64,000 nt of DNA from an uncultured delta proteobacterium (GCA_963716725.1 CAVQUB010000004.1:64001-128000); one strand, 5' to 3'. Positions 9,571 through 21,018 are shown, numbered from the stretch's first letter. Made by a program: numbers and translations. The notes: generated by a model not told the origin, from the sequence alone.

Positions 9571-10707
9571 GTGCGCCCCCTGGTCTTGTTCGGTGTCTGT
9601 CTCACGGCTTGCGCCGCGGCGCAGCCCGCGACCGTGCCGATGCCCGCCCCGGCTCCCGCGCCCATCGCCGTGCCCCCGGCCGTCGCCGCGCCTGGCGCCG
9701 TGGCGGCGCCGGTGCCCGCGCCCGCAGCGATCGCCAAGCCCTTCCTCAAGGGCCAGACCCATGTGCACAGCAATCGCTCCTACGACGCGAGGACGCCGCC
9801 CGAGCAAGTCGTGAAGTTCTACCGCGACCGTGGCTACGACTTCTTGGTGCTCACCGATCACAACCGCGTCACCGCGCTGCCGTCGCCCGAGGGCATGCTG
9901 GTCTTCGCGGGGGTCGAGCTGAGCCAGAACTCCGCGACCTGCGATCCGAAGCCTTCGCCGGGCTACCGCTGCCTCTTCCATTTGAGCGGCCTGTTCGTGG
10001 ACCCTGAGCGCGACCCGCGGAAGGGCGAACGCATTCCGCTCCCGTTTCGTCCCGGTCGGCTCGACGCTTACCGTGCGGAGCTTGCCATCGTGCGGGAGCT
10101 GGGCGGAGCGCCAGTGCTGAACCACCCGCTGTTCCATTTCGCGGCCGATGCGCGCATGGTGCGCGCGCTGTCCGCCGACGGGGTGCGCCACGTCGAGCTC
10201 TGGAACGCGAGCCTGGACCAGCAACACCCCGCGAGCCGGGAGAGCGCCGAGCGTCGCGCTGAGGGCCTGTGGGACGAGGTGCTCACCCAGGGCGCGCGGG
10301 TCTTTGGCGTGGCGACCGACGACGCGCACCACTTTGCCGATGCGGCCGAGCGCGCGCGGGTCGGGAAGTTCGCCTACGTGGGCGATCGCGCCTGGATCAT
10401 GCTGCGCGCCGACAAGACCCCCACCGGCATTCGGGCGGCCTTCGAGGCCGGAGACTTCTACGCCTCGACGGGCGTGAGCCTCGCCTCGCTGGCGCACGAA
10501 GCGGGCGCGCTGACGCTGTCGGTCGAGCCGGAAGCCGGGCAGAGCTACGTGACTCGATTCGTGGGCCCGTCCGGGCGCGAACTCGCTCGAAGCTCCGGCC
10601 TGTCGGCGCGCCATGAGCTCGGACCTGGCGGCGGCTACGTGCGAGCGGTGGTCGAGGACTCCCGCGGTCGCAAGGCCTGGACGCAGCCGCTGTGGGCGCC
10701 GAAGTGA
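9571..10707 (+). CDS. PHP-domain (CehA/McbA-like) metallohydrolase, probable lipoprotein
   Basis: KGQTHVHS, LTDHN, NHP and TDDAH metal ligands; LTAC lipobox. Confidence 0.85.
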   Translation: MRPLVLFGVCLTACAAAQPATVPMPAPAPAPIAVPPAVAAPGAVAAPVPAPAAIAKPFLKGQTHVHSNRSYDARTPPEQVVKFYRDRGYDFLVLTDHNRVTALPSPEGMLVFAGVELSQNSATCDPKPSPGYRCLFHLSGLFVDPERDPRKGERIPLPFRPGRLDAYRAELAIVRELGGAPVLNHPLFHFAADARMVRALSADGVRHVELWNASLDQQHPASRESAERRAEGLWDEVLTQGARVFGVATDDAHHFADAAERARVGKFAYVGDRAWIMLRADKTPTGIRAAFEAGDFYASTGVSLASLAHEAGALTLSVEPEAGQSYVTRFVGPSGRELARSSGLSARHELGPGGGYVRAVVEDSRGRKAWTQPLWAPK

Positions 10708-10772
10708 TCGGCGCGACGTGGTGCTGCTCGCAGACGGCAGCGAGGCGCTGGCGTACTTCGCGGCGCGCTGAG

Positions 10773-11516
10773 TCAGGCGGCCGGATCGGCGAGACCGATC
10801 TTGGTGAGTTCCTGATCGAAGCGCAGATCGAAGCCGGCGATTTCGCCGGCGACCGCGGGATCGGTGAGTGCGTTCTCGATCTGTTCGGCGCCTTCGTTGA
10901 CGGCTTCGCGTTCACGCTCTGGCAGATCGCCGCCCGCTTCGGAGCGCTTTTGAAACATCGCGGCGACCGCCCGCCCGGCGGCCGCGAGGCCCTGCTTGGA
11001 GCGGCCGACCACCGAGGAGAGGGCCTGTTTGGAGATCGAGAGCTCGCTCTCGGCGAGCGCACGTTCGAAGGCGCCACGGATCAGCTTGGCCTGACCGGCG
11101 AGACCGGACCCGCCCTCGGGCAAGAGGCCGCGGGCGAGACAGCGGTCGACGCTGCGCCCGAAGAGCAGAGCCGTGACCAGATCCCGGGTGATGCCCCGCG
11201 CCGCGCCAATCCAGGCGAGGAGCTTGCGGATTGGAAATAGGATCAGCTTCGCCAGAAGTTTGGGCAGCGCCGTGAGGCAGCCGCCCAGGCAGCCGACTTG
11301 CTCTGCGTAGAGCGGCGCCACTGCTTTTGACGAGAAGCTCCGGCCGTGGCGGTCGAGCGCCTGGCTCACGATCAGGCGAGAGACCGCGTTGCGGAAGATC
11401 TCGTCCGCGAAGGGCAGTGGCACGAAGCGGCAGGCGGAGTAGAGGAGCGCGGAGAGCACGAGTGCACGCTCGAAGCTCGGTGCGCGCTCGCTGGCCAGCG
11501 CGGTCGGTTTGGACAC
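10773..11516 (-). CDS. Hypothetical protein
   Basis: 247-aa ORF starting immediately after the citrate synthase stop; hydrophobic segments. Confidence 0.65.
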   Translation of the reverse strand: MSKPTALASERAPSFERALVLSALLYSACRFVPLPFADEIFRNAVSRLIVSQALDRHGRSFSSKAVAPLYAEQVGCLGGCLTALPKLLAKLILFPIRKLLAWIGAARGITRDLVTALLFGRSVDRCLARGLLPEGGSGLAGQAKLIRGAFERALAESELSISKQALSSVVGRSKQGLAAAGRAVAAMFQKRSEAGGDLPEREREAVNEGAEQIENALTDPAVAGEIAGFDLRFDQELTKIGLADPAA

Positions 11517-12839
<1,323 letters not shown>

Positions 12840-12950
12840 GGCCTTCCTTCGTGCTGCACTGGTTTTCGTCGCGCGGTGGCCGGGGAGCAAGGCCCCCGCA
12901 TGGAATGCCAATTTCTGGGCCGGTTGCGGTCGATTTGGCAAACCCAGGGG

Positions 12951-14606
12951 ATGGCTCCCCGTCCGTCCCCCCGGGCTCCCTCGGCTGGTCCCGCGTCCGG
13001 CCCTCGGCGGCGGCTCATTTGCCGGCTATTTGCCGGCTTCTTCCTGATTTCCACCGCCGGCTGCGACGGCTTCTTTGGCAAGAACGACCCGGGCGCCGCC
13101 AAGGTGAAGCCCGAGAACGGCGGGACCAAGGTCGAAGACGACGAGTGGTCGATGGTGCCGGTTCCCCCGGCGGACGGGCCCAAGCTCGCGCCCGTGGCGA
13201 TGGTGGTGCCGGTGTTGCCGAAGCCCGACAAGCAGGCCGCGCCCATCGGCTACCTGAGGGTCGGGGCGCGGGTCAGCCGCTCCGTGGAGCCGGTCTCCCG
13301 CCGCGACTGCCCGGACGGTTGGTACGCGGTGCGTCCGGTCGGGTTCGTGTGCGCGGGAGCTGAAGCGACCATCAAGCTCGACCACCCGATCGCCAAGGCC
13401 ATCACCACCGAGCCGCATCGCGACTGGGCCATGCCCTACCGTTACGCCTTCACCCGAGCCATCGCGCCGAACTACCTGCGCGTTCCCAGCAAAGACGAGC
13501 AATTCCAGTACGAGATGAGGCTCGAGCGGCATCTGCGCAACTGGAGCAAGCTGCGCGAGAACTGGGACGAGCTGACCGTCGGCGCCAACGACGTGCCGCT
13601 GGACGACGCGGGGATCGCCGTCGACAAGATCCCCGAACACGCCAAGCCGCTGGACCAAAGCGAGCGCTTTGGTGGCAATGGCGAGGACGCCGTTCCTTGG
13701 TGGCTCGTCGGTGAGCGCCGCATCCCCAACCTCTCGAGCTTTCGCGCGCCCCCCTACGCAGTCATCGCCAACCGCGTGAAGCGCCACACCGGAGTGGCCC
13801 TGATCGGGACTTTCGTGGCGGGGCCCGAGGCGCAGAACCGGCGCTTCGCCATCTCCACCGACGGTCGCATGCTGCCCGCCGACAAACTCAAGGCCGACAG
13901 CGGCTCGCCCTTCCACGGCCATTCGCTCCGCGATACCGGGCTGCCCGCGGCGTTTGCCCGCAAGGCCGGCGCCACTTGGTGGGACCTGAAGGAGGGCCAG
14001 CTCGAGAAGGGCGAACGCCTCGGTTGGCGCGAGTTCATCCCGCTCACCGGCACCGTCAAAATGCTGCACGGGTTCAGGATGGTGGAGGCCAAGAACGGAC
14101 GCTGGCTCAAGAGCAGCGATCTGAAGACCGCCGCCAAGCCCAGCCAGCTGCCGTCGTGGGCCAAGAAGGGCACCAAGTGGATCGACCTCAGCATCGTGAG
14201 CCAGACCCTCACCTTGTGGGAGGGCGATCGCCCCGTGTACGTCACCTTGGTCTCGACCGGCAAGGACGGCCTCGGCGAGCCCGGCAAGACGCTCAGCACG
14301 CCGCGCGGGACCTTCCGCGTCTACCAGAAGCACATCACCACGACCATGGACTCGGAGGTGGCCGATCACGAGTTCGAGCTGCGTGACGTGCCGTGGGTGA
14401 TGTACTTCAAAGGCGGCTACGCCCTTCACGGAGCGTACTGGCACGACGACTTCGGTCGGGTGCGATCCCACGGTTGCGTGAACCTAGCGCCGATCGACGC
14501 GCGCTTCGTCTTCATGTGGGCGAGCCCCGAGGTGTCCGACCACTGGCACGCCGCCTACGCGAGTGACGCCACCGAGCAGGGCACGCTCGTGCACATCCAC
14601 CCCTGA
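12951..14606 (+). CDS. L,D-transpeptidase (YkuD) family lipoprotein
   Basis: C-terminal VSTG...TPRG...LHGAYWHDDFGRVRSHGCVNL; STAGC lipobox; start approximate. Confidence 0.9.
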   Translation: MAPRPSPRAPSAGPASGPRRRLICRLFAGFFLISTAGCDGFFGKNDPGAAKVKPENGGTKVEDDEWSMVPVPPADGPKLAPVAMVVPVLPKPDKQAAPIGYLRVGARVSRSVEPVSRRDCPDGWYAVRPVGFVCAGAEATIKLDHPIAKAITTEPHRDWAMPYRYAFTRAIAPNYLRVPSKDEQFQYEMRLERHLRNWSKLRENWDELTVGANDVPLDDAGIAVDKIPEHAKPLDQSERFGGNGEDAVPWWLVGERRIPNLSSFRAPPYAVIANRVKRHTGVALIGTFVAGPEAQNRRFAISTDGRMLPADKLKADSGSPFHGHSLRDTGLPAAFARKAGATWWDLKEGQLEKGERLGWREFIPLTGTVKMLHGFRMVEAKNGRWLKSSDLKTAAKPSQLPSWAKKGTKWIDLSIVSQTLTLWEGDRPVYVTLVSTGKDGLGEPGKTLSTPRGTFRVYQKHITTTMDSEVADHEFELRDVPWVMYFKGGYALHGAYWHDDFGRVRSHGCVNLAPIDARFVFMWASPEVSDHWHAAYASDATEQGTLVHIHP

Positions 14607-14607
14607 C

Positions 14608-14682
14608 TCAGCGCTGTCGCGCGATCAACGCCAAGACCGCGAGCGCCAAGCAAGCGGCGGTGATCAGGAGCCCGGCTGACAT
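14608..14682 (-). CDS. Possible 24-aa hydrophobic membrane peptide
   Basis: MSAGLLITAACLALAVLALIARQR; starts 5 bp after the upstream stop and fills the intergenic gap. Confidence 0.3.
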   Translation of the reverse strand: MSAGLLITAACLALAVLALIARQR

Positions 14683-14687
14683 CCCGA

Positions 14688-16511
14688 TCAGCGCGACAGA
14701 CCAGGGATCTTGGGCATTCCGTCGGGGCCGTAGAGGCTCGCGGGCTGCTTGAAGAAGAACGACGCGGCAGCGGCGCCGCCGACCACGAGCGCGAGCAAGA
14801 GCACCACGAGCACGCAGCCCATGCTCGACCGCTGCTTGGGCTCGGGCGGTCGCGGCATCGACGCAGGCGCTGCGTAAGCGCCGCTGGACGGCATCGCTCC
14901 CGGCGACGACATCGGATTCGACGCCGGCGGCTGGATCCCCGTGGGCTCCCACAGGGAGTCTAGGGGCTGGTCCCGTCCGGCGGGCAGGTCGACGCCCGCG
15001 AACAGATCCGCGGCTTCGCCGCTGGTCGAGGCGCCGGTCCCGGCCATCAGGGTGTCGAGCGAGAACGAGTCACCGATCGCGGAGGGCAGGCTGCGTTGTT
15101 CCAGCGTCGTGTCTTCGTCGCCCAGCAGATCTGCCGCCGACAGGGGCCGAGACTCCGCGCGGAAGCCGTCTTCCATGGCCAGGGTCCGCTCTTCCATGTA
15201 CGAGAGCAGGTCGTCGACGTCAGTCGTTGGGGCTCCAGGCGGGGCGGCGGATTCTTCGTGGATCTGCGTCGGCACGTCGTCGAACTGCGCTGCCAAGATC
15301 TCGGCGTTGGACTTGTGCGGCGGTCGCGGACCGCCCAGCGACGCGATCAGCCCCTGGGCGCTCTTGCTGTCGAGCGAGACCGTCACCTCGTCGAAGCCCA
15401 CGTCGTCGTCCACGTCGCGTCCGGGCTCGTGCCACACGCCGGAGGGCACCCGGCCGCGGCTCGACGGTGGCGCGAGGGCGGCCATGGTCGCGACGATGGT
15501 GGCCTCGTCTTCGTGAGGCTCATCCATCGGCATGTCGTCGTCGTCGTCGTCGTCGTCGGGCTTGGGCGCCAGGCCTCGGGCCGAGAGCTCCGCGGCAATC
15601 ATGGGGATTTCCCAAGGACGCTTCCAGTCCTCCATCCCGTCGGCCCAGATGAAGGTCTCTTGGTCGATGCTGCCGCGAGCGTAGAGCTGCACCACTTCGG
15701 CGGTGCGCATCTCTTCGTGTTGGTCGTCCGTGAGGGCGACGGTCCACTCTGGTTCGACCTCGGGCTCGCTTGGCCTTGCGGGCACCGGGGCACGCTGCGC
15801 CGATGGCAGCGTGTCGACGGCTGGGGGCGCGGGTGCGGCGCCCGCGGGGGCCTCCAGACCCCCGAGCATCGTGCGCCTCGGGTTGGCGGTCACGCGGGGG
15901 ACGACCGCCGCCGGGGCTCCGGCGCTGGAGGGAATACCGCGGCCCGCCGGGCGCGGTGCTGGTCCGGCCGCGCGAGGCGCCGCGGCCGGTCGTGGCACGC
16001 TGGCCGCGGCCCGAGCGGGCTCGCGCCATGTTCCGGTCTTCCCGCCGCTATCGGTCAGCGCGCTCCAGTCGTTGTCGTCGGCCGGGGGCGAGGCCTTCGT
16101 GGGAGCTGCTGTCGCCGGTTTGGGCGCCGCCGCCGCGGGCTTGGGGGACGCCGCCGCGGGCTTGGGCGCTGCCGCCGCGGGCTTGGGCGCTGCCGCCGCG
16201 GGCTTGGGCGCCGCCGCCGCGGGCTTGGGCGCCGCCGCCGCGGGTTTGGGCGCCGCCGCCGCGGGCTTGGGCGCTGCCGCCGCGGGCTTGGGCGCCGCCG
16301 CCGCGGGCTTGGGTGCTGCCGCCGCGGGCTTGGGCGCCGCCGCCGCGGGCTTGGGTGCTGCCGCGGGCTTGGGTGACGGCTCACCGATTTGCGTCCCGTC
16401 GACGATGATGGGCGAACCACACCGCTTGCACGCGATCCGAACCTTTCGGCCTCGGACCTTGTCGTCGGGGACGGCAAATCGTGCCGGGCAGCTCGTGCAG
16501 GAAGCTTCCAT
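14688..16511 (-). CDS. Zinc-ribbon (MJ0042-type) plus GYF_2 domain membrane protein
   Basis: CTSC...CKRC finger, PKPAAAA repeats, TFIWADGMEDWK GYF_2 motif, acidic linker and C-terminal TM. Confidence 0.85.
   Translation of the reverse strand: MEASCTSCPARFAVPDDKVRGRKVRIACKRCGSPIIVDGTQIGEPSPKPAAAPKPAAAAPKPAAAAPKPAAAAPKPAAAAPKPAAAAPKPAAAAPKPAAAAPKPAAAAPKPAAAAPKPAAASPKPAAAAPKPATAAPTKASPPADDNDWSALTDSGGKTGTWREPARAAASVPRPAAAPRAAGPAPRPAGRGIPSSAGAPAAVVPRVTANPRRTMLGGLEAPAGAAPAPPAVDTLPSAQRAPVPARPSEPEVEPEWTVALTDDQHEEMRTAEVVQLYARGSIDQETFIWADGMEDWKRPWEIPMIAAELSARGLAPKPDDDDDDDDMPMDEPHEDEATIVATMAALAPPSSRGRVPSGVWHEPGRDVDDDVGFDEVTVSLDSKSAQGLIASLGGPRPPHKSNAEILAAQFDDVPTQIHEESAAPPGAPTTDVDDLLSYMEERTLAMEDGFRAESRPLSAADLLGDEDTTLEQRSLPSAIGDSFSLDTLMAGTGASTSGEAADLFAGVDLPAGRDQPLDSLWEPTGIQPPASNPMSSPGAMPSSGAYAAPASMPRPPEPKQRSSMGCVLVVLLLALVVGGAAAASFFFKQPASLYGPDGMPKIPGLSR
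16117..16374. repeat. 21-bp coding tandem repeat, about 12 copies, encoding PKPAAAA
   Basis: Unit GGCTTGGGCGCCGCCGCCGCG with mostly synonymous variants. Confidence 0.95.
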
Positions 16512-16624
16512 CGACGAAGTCGAGAACGAGCCTATGCCATGCGCCTCATGGAAGCTAGGGCATAGCGTGGCGTGCATCGCGGCGTGGCGCGGCGTCGTTC
16601 TCCGTGGTTTTGTCCGGGAACGAC

Positions 16625-17335
16625 ATGACGCTCTGGCACCTGTCCCTGGCCATTGCGGAAACGGCCCGGATCTCGGTCCCGACGCTGCTCGAAGGAGTCG
16701 CGGGACGGCTCACGGCCGAGACCTGCGATCGACGGCTCGATTCTTGGTCGCGGAGGTTGCTCGACCAGGTTGGGATCGAGGTGACCACCTGCGGGCTCGA
16801 GCTCGCGCCCGCAGGCGAGACCTTCGTGGTCATGAGCAACCATCAGTCGCTCTACGACATCCCGGTCTTGTTTCAGGCGCTGAAGCGTCGTGTGCGCATG
16901 GTGGCCAAGTCAGAACTGTTTCGCATCCCGGTCTGGGGCGGCGCGATGCGTGCGGCGGGTTTCATCGAGGTCGACCGCAAGAACCACGAACGAGCCCTCG
17001 CGGGGCTCGCCCGGGCCAAGACCGCGCTTTCCGAAGGCACCAGTATTTGGATCGCGCCCGAGGGCACCCGCAGCCGCAGCGGCAAGCTCGGAGCGTTCAA
17101 GAAAGGCGGCTTCCACTTGGCGCTCGACACCGGTGCACGCATCCTGCCCGTGACCGTGGTCGGCACTCGCGACGTGCTGGTCACGCTCGAAGGCACGGTG
17201 CACACCGGCGCTGCGGTCACGGTCACCCTGAGCGCGCCCATCGACTCGAAAGCCTATGGAGTCGCCAAGAGGGACGAGCTCGCGGCCGCGGTGCGCGAGT
17301 CCATCGCGCGACACCTGCCTGAACAGCTTCGCTGA
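16625..17335 (+). CDS. plsC: 1-acyl-sn-glycerol-3-phosphate acyltransferase
   Basis: NHQSLYD, FIEVDR, PEGTRS and FKKGGF motifs. Confidence 0.9.
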   Translation: MTLWHLSLAIAETARISVPTLLEGVAGRLTAETCDRRLDSWSRRLLDQVGIEVTTCGLELAPAGETFVVMSNHQSLYDIPVLFQALKRRVRMVAKSELFRIPVWGGAMRAAGFIEVDRKNHERALAGLARAKTALSEGTSIWIAPEGTRSRSGKLGAFKKGGFHLALDTGARILPVTVVGTRDVLVTLEGTVHTGAAVTVTLSAPIDSKAYGVAKRDELAAAVRESIARHLPEQLR

Positions 17336-17344
17336 CCGCCGCCC

Positions 17345-18361
17345 TCAAATCGTGAGCGCGGCGAACTCGGGGCCGGCCGGGATGCTCATCAGCTCTTTGA
17401 GCAGCAGCTGCACATCGTGGTGATCGTACAGCAGGTTGTGCACGGCCCGCACAATCGGAAGATCCAGGCGTTTTCTGCTGGCAAAGTCGTTGGCCGCTTT
17501 GGCCATCTTCACGCCCTCGGCCACCATGCGCATGTCGCGTTGGATGTCGTCGAGCTTCTCGCCCCGGGCGAGCCGAGCGCCCACCTGGTGGTTCCGCGAG
17601 AGCGGCGACGAGCAGGTCGCGATCAGATCGCCCATGCCGGCCATGCCACCGAAGGTCATGACGTCGGCGCCCATGGCCACCCCGAAACGAGCCATCTCGG
17701 ACAAGCCGCGGGTCAGCAGCAAGGCCTTGGTGTTGTCGCCGAGCCCGAGGCCCGCGGCCACGCCGGCCGCGAGGGCGATGATGTTCTTGAAGGCGCCGCC
17801 GATTTCGGCGCCGATCACGTCCCGCCCTTGGTAGACGCGGAAGTAGTCGTTGTGCAGGGCCGCGTGCGCGCGCTCGAAGACCTCGTCGTAGCGACTCGCG
17901 ACCAGGGTCCCCGCGGGCTGCCGCGCCGCCAGCTCTTTGGCCAGGTTCGGGCCGCTGATGACGCCGATCTTTCGCAGGCAGGTCTCTTCGCGCAAGACCT
18001 CGCTCATGCGCTTGAAGCTGCCTTGTTCGATGCCCTTGGTCGCGTGCACGACCACGTGCTCACCGGTCAGGTGGTTGCCCAGCTCGCGGGCGGTCTCGCG
18101 CATGGTGTGCGAGGGCACGACCGCGATGATCAGCGACGCGCTCTTGCAGATGCGTTCCAGATCGGAGGTCGCTTCGACCGAGTCGCCCAGGCTGAAACCT
18201 GGAAGATACTGGGCGTTTTGCCGGGTTTCATTGATCTCGCGGCAGACCGCCTCACGCCGCGCCCACAGCAGCGTGCGCTTGCCGTTGTCCCCCAAGACCT
18301 TTGCCAGCGTGGTCCCCCAGCTGCCGGCGCCGACCACCCCGATGCAGTCGTCGAGGGTCAT
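17345..18361 (-). CDS. gpsA: NAD(P)H-dependent glycerol-3-phosphate dehydrogenase
   Basis: GAGSWG, TKGIE, SGPNLA, GGAFKN and GMGDLIATC..SRN motifs. Confidence 0.96.
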   Translation of the reverse strand: MTLDDCIGVVGAGSWGTTLAKVLGDNGKRTLLWARREAVCREINETRQNAQYLPGFSLGDSVEATSDLERICKSASLIIAVVPSHTMRETARELGNHLTGEHVVVHATKGIEQGSFKRMSEVLREETCLRKIGVISGPNLAKELAARQPAGTLVASRYDEVFERAHAALHNDYFRVYQGRDVIGAEIGGAFKNIIALAAGVAAGLGLGDNTKALLLTRGLSEMARFGVAMGADVMTFGGMAGMGDLIATCSSPLSRNHQVGARLARGEKLDDIQRDMRMVAEGVKMAKAANDFASRKRLDLPIVRAVHNLLYDHHDVQLLLKELMSIPAGPEFAALTI

Positions 18362-19989
18362 GCCTGGGGCCCTCCGGCGTGGGACGCCACCGCAGAGCGC
18401 GCGAGTGTGCGTCCGAGATCGTAACCCTTGAGGCGATTGCCGTAGTAGAGCAGCAAGTTTCGGTCCTCGTGGAACACACGTTCGCCGCGGCGCACGGCCG
18501 CCGCCCGCGTGTGATAGCTGCTGAAGGCGCGCAGGGCGTCAGTGACGACCGCCTGCGGGTCCTGGGACAAACTCTCGGAGAGCCGCGGACCCCGCCTCGA
18601 GTGCCGAAGCGCCTCGATCACGCGCTCCGTCTCGCTCGCGAGGTCGCTGAAGAGGACGCTGGGTGAGCGGCCGCCGGTGCGGAGGAGTCGGTACAGGTCC
18701 ATCTCGGGGTTGTCGCGTTGGATCATGTCGAGCAGCGCGTAGCCGACGACGTGGGTGCTCATCGCGACGTTGTCCCGGGCGAACTCCCGAGCAATCGCCG
18801 ACGCGAGCTCGTTGGTGTACTCCTCGTCACGTTGAGCGTCGTGCACGGGCGCTCCGGCGTCGCAGACGTAGGTCGAGGAGTCGATCAGGCGCCCGCGTGG
18901 GTCGAGGCTGCGCCCCTCCTCGTCCACGTAGTTGCCCACCACGTCTAGGGGCTGGCTGAACGTGATCACCACCCGACTGTCCAGAGAGACCATGTTCGAC
19001 ATGAAGTTCAACACCTGCTTGGGGCGGCTGAACTCGTCGTCTTCGATGATGTAGCGGTTCTTGCCCACCTCTTTCAGGTGGTCGTCGATCAGCGTCTCGG
19101 CCTCGAGGCCGAGTTTGTACGAAATGGTGCAGGGCACGACGTAGAGGTTCGGCTTCTCGCGGTGGCTCTGCAGATTGCCCACGTAGGCGCGGACCGCCGT
19201 GCCGAGCAGGCCGCGCTTGAGCTTCTGCTCCAGCGCGCCGCTGCGTGAGCGGGTTCCGCCCGGGAAGAACAGGTTGTTGTAGTCGAGCTCGAGCGCGACG
19301 GTGGCGTACTCTTTGAGTACCTCCTTGTAGAGGCCCGCGGTCTTCTTTCGATCCACCCGGTAAGCGCCCAGGTTGTTCATGAAGAACGACGTGACCGGGT
19401 TGTTGAACAGGTTGAGCCCCGCTCCGTAGAGCAACGGCGGCAAGCCCATCAGGTGAACCGCGTAGCCGAGCACGATGCTGTCGAGGTGCGAAGAATGCGT
19501 CGGCACCACGACCAGGGTGCCTTTGTCGAGCAGCTTGCGCACGTGGTCCACCGAGCCCTGGATCTGCACGTGGTCGGAGAGCCCGCGTCGGAGGGAGCCG
19601 AGCGAGCCGAGCTTGCCCGGGGACATCGCCGTGAGCAGCACGCTCAGCCCCGTCGGGATCACGGTGGTCGAGAACTTGTACACGCGGTCGTCGAAGTTGC
19701 CCACGATCTCCGCGGCGAAGCGCAGCGCGATCTGATCGAGGAGTTCGCGCAGGTCGCGGGCGGAAGCGTGTCGGAGGCGCTTCTGCACGCGGTGGTAAAA
19801 GGCGTGGTCCTCGGCGATGCGGGCGTCGCCGCCGCGCTCGCGCTCGAGTCGTCGGCGTTCGTGGTAGAGCGTGTCGTTCACCAAGGCTTCGAGCCCCACC
19901 TCTTCGGGTAGGCGCAGCGATGCCACGTGACGGTCGACGACGCGCGTGGCCGCCTCGATTCGGGCGCGTTCGCGGTGCTCGGGTCGCAT
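18358..19989 (-). CDS. Glycerol-3-phosphate acyltransferase (PlsB-like)
   Basis: HSSHLD (HxxxxD), GAGLNL and FPGGTRSRSG motifs; overlaps the gpsA start by 4 bp. Confidence 0.85.
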   Translation of the reverse strand: MRPEHRERARIEAATRVVDRHVASLRLPEEVGLEALVNDTLYHERRRLERERGGDARIAEDHAFYHRVQKRLRHASARDLRELLDQIALRFAAEIVGNFDDRVYKFSTTVIPTGLSVLLTAMSPGKLGSLGSLRRGLSDHVQIQGSVDHVRKLLDKGTLVVVPTHSSHLDSIVLGYAVHLMGLPPLLYGAGLNLFNNPVTSFFMNNLGAYRVDRKKTAGLYKEVLKEYATVALELDYNNLFFPGGTRSRSGALEQKLKRGLLGTAVRAYVGNLQSHREKPNLYVVPCTISYKLGLEAETLIDDHLKEVGKNRYIIEDDEFSRPKQVLNFMSNMVSLDSRVVITFSQPLDVVGNYVDEEGRSLDPRGRLIDSSTYVCDAGAPVHDAQRDEEYTNELASAIAREFARDNVAMSTHVVGYALLDMIQRDNPEMDLYRLLRTGGRSPSVLFSDLASETERVIEALRHSRRGPRLSESLSQDPQAVVTDALRAFSSYHTRAAAVRRGERVFHEDRNLLLYYGNRLKGYDLGRTLARSAVASHAGGPQA

Positions 19990-20085
19990 GGGAGCCCGAG
20001 CCTACAACGACCCGGCGGGCGCGGGCACAGTCATCCTGCGGCGCTTTTTGTCGCGCATTATCGGGCGGTGCGCTATGGCCGTCTC

Positions 20086-21018
20086 GTGTCATCAGCCGAT
20101 TCCGAGCGTGAGGCCGCGGGGGCCCGAGGGCCGGCACGTGAGCGGCGCGCGCCGCCTTCGCGACTGCCGGCGCCCCGGCAGGCTGGGCGCTCGCCGGTCC
20201 TGCCCTTTGCCATTGGCTTGGGCTTGGGCCTCGCGGTCGCGGTCGGGGTCATCGGCTTCGGATCGTCCAAGCGCCGGGGCCTGAACGCCCAGCTCGAGGC
20301 GCGCTGCGAGGGCCGAGAGATCGCCGCCTGCCGACAGCTGGCGCTCTCGCATCAGATCGGTCTCGAGGGTGCCCGCGACGAGAAGCGCGCGGCCGAGCTC
20401 TTCGAGCGTGCCTGCAACGCAGACGACGCCGCCGCGTGCCTCCACTACGCCAAGTCCATCGAGGCTGCCCGCGCGGGCGGAGTCGACCACGGCCGCGTGA
20501 TCACACTCCTCGAGCGCGCGTGTCAGGCTTCGGAGGCCGAGGCCTGCGCGGCCCTCGGGAAGCGCTACGAGAAGGGACGAGGAACCGCCAAGGATCCCGC
20601 GCGAGCCTTGCAGTTCTACCAACGGGGTTGCGACTACGGCAGCGCCGAGGCCTGCGGTGGCCTGGCGCTGGCGAAATACATCGGCATGGGCACCGAGCCC
20701 AACGTGGAGCAGGCGGTGGTGCTCTTCCAGAAGGCCTGCGATGGCGGCGACGCCGACGGCTGTCACGGCTTCGGGCGCATGGTGCTGGGCGGGCGCGGGG
20801 TGCAGAAGGACGAAGCCAAGGCCGTGCAACTCTTCGAGCGCTCCTGCGACGGCGGCTCGATCATGGGCTGCCGGGCCCTTGGCCTGATGCTTTCCGACGA
20901 AAAAGGCGCGCTGCCGGCCGATCCGGCCCGCGGCAGGAAGATGTTCGAGCGCGCCTGCGATCTGGGCGATCAGGTCTCCTGCGACCGGCTCGATCGTCCC
21001 GCGGCGGGCGCACGCTAG
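20086..21018 (+). CDS. Sel1-like repeat (Cys-rich, Hcp-type) membrane-anchored protein
   Basis: Repeated A..LF.RAC.......C..LG..Y..G.G...D units after one TM segment; start approximate. Confidence 0.85.
   Translation: MSSADSEREAAGARGPARERRAPPSRLPAPRQAGRSPVLPFAIGLGLGLAVAVGVIGFGSSKRRGLNAQLEARCEGREIAACRQLALSHQIGLEGARDEKRAAELFERACNADDAAACLHYAKSIEAARAGGVDHGRVITLLERACQASEAEACAALGKRYEKGRGTAKDPARALQFYQRGCDYGSAEACGGLALAKYIGMGTEPNVEQAVVLFQKACDGGDADGCHGFGRMVLGGRGVQKDEAKAVQLFERSCDGGSIMGCRALGLMLSDEKGALPADPARGRKMFERACDLGDQVSCDRLDRPAAGAR

Noticed and set aside
16117..16374. Possible CRISPR array
   Set aside because: Contiguous 21-bp coding repeats with no spacers and no cas genes in the window
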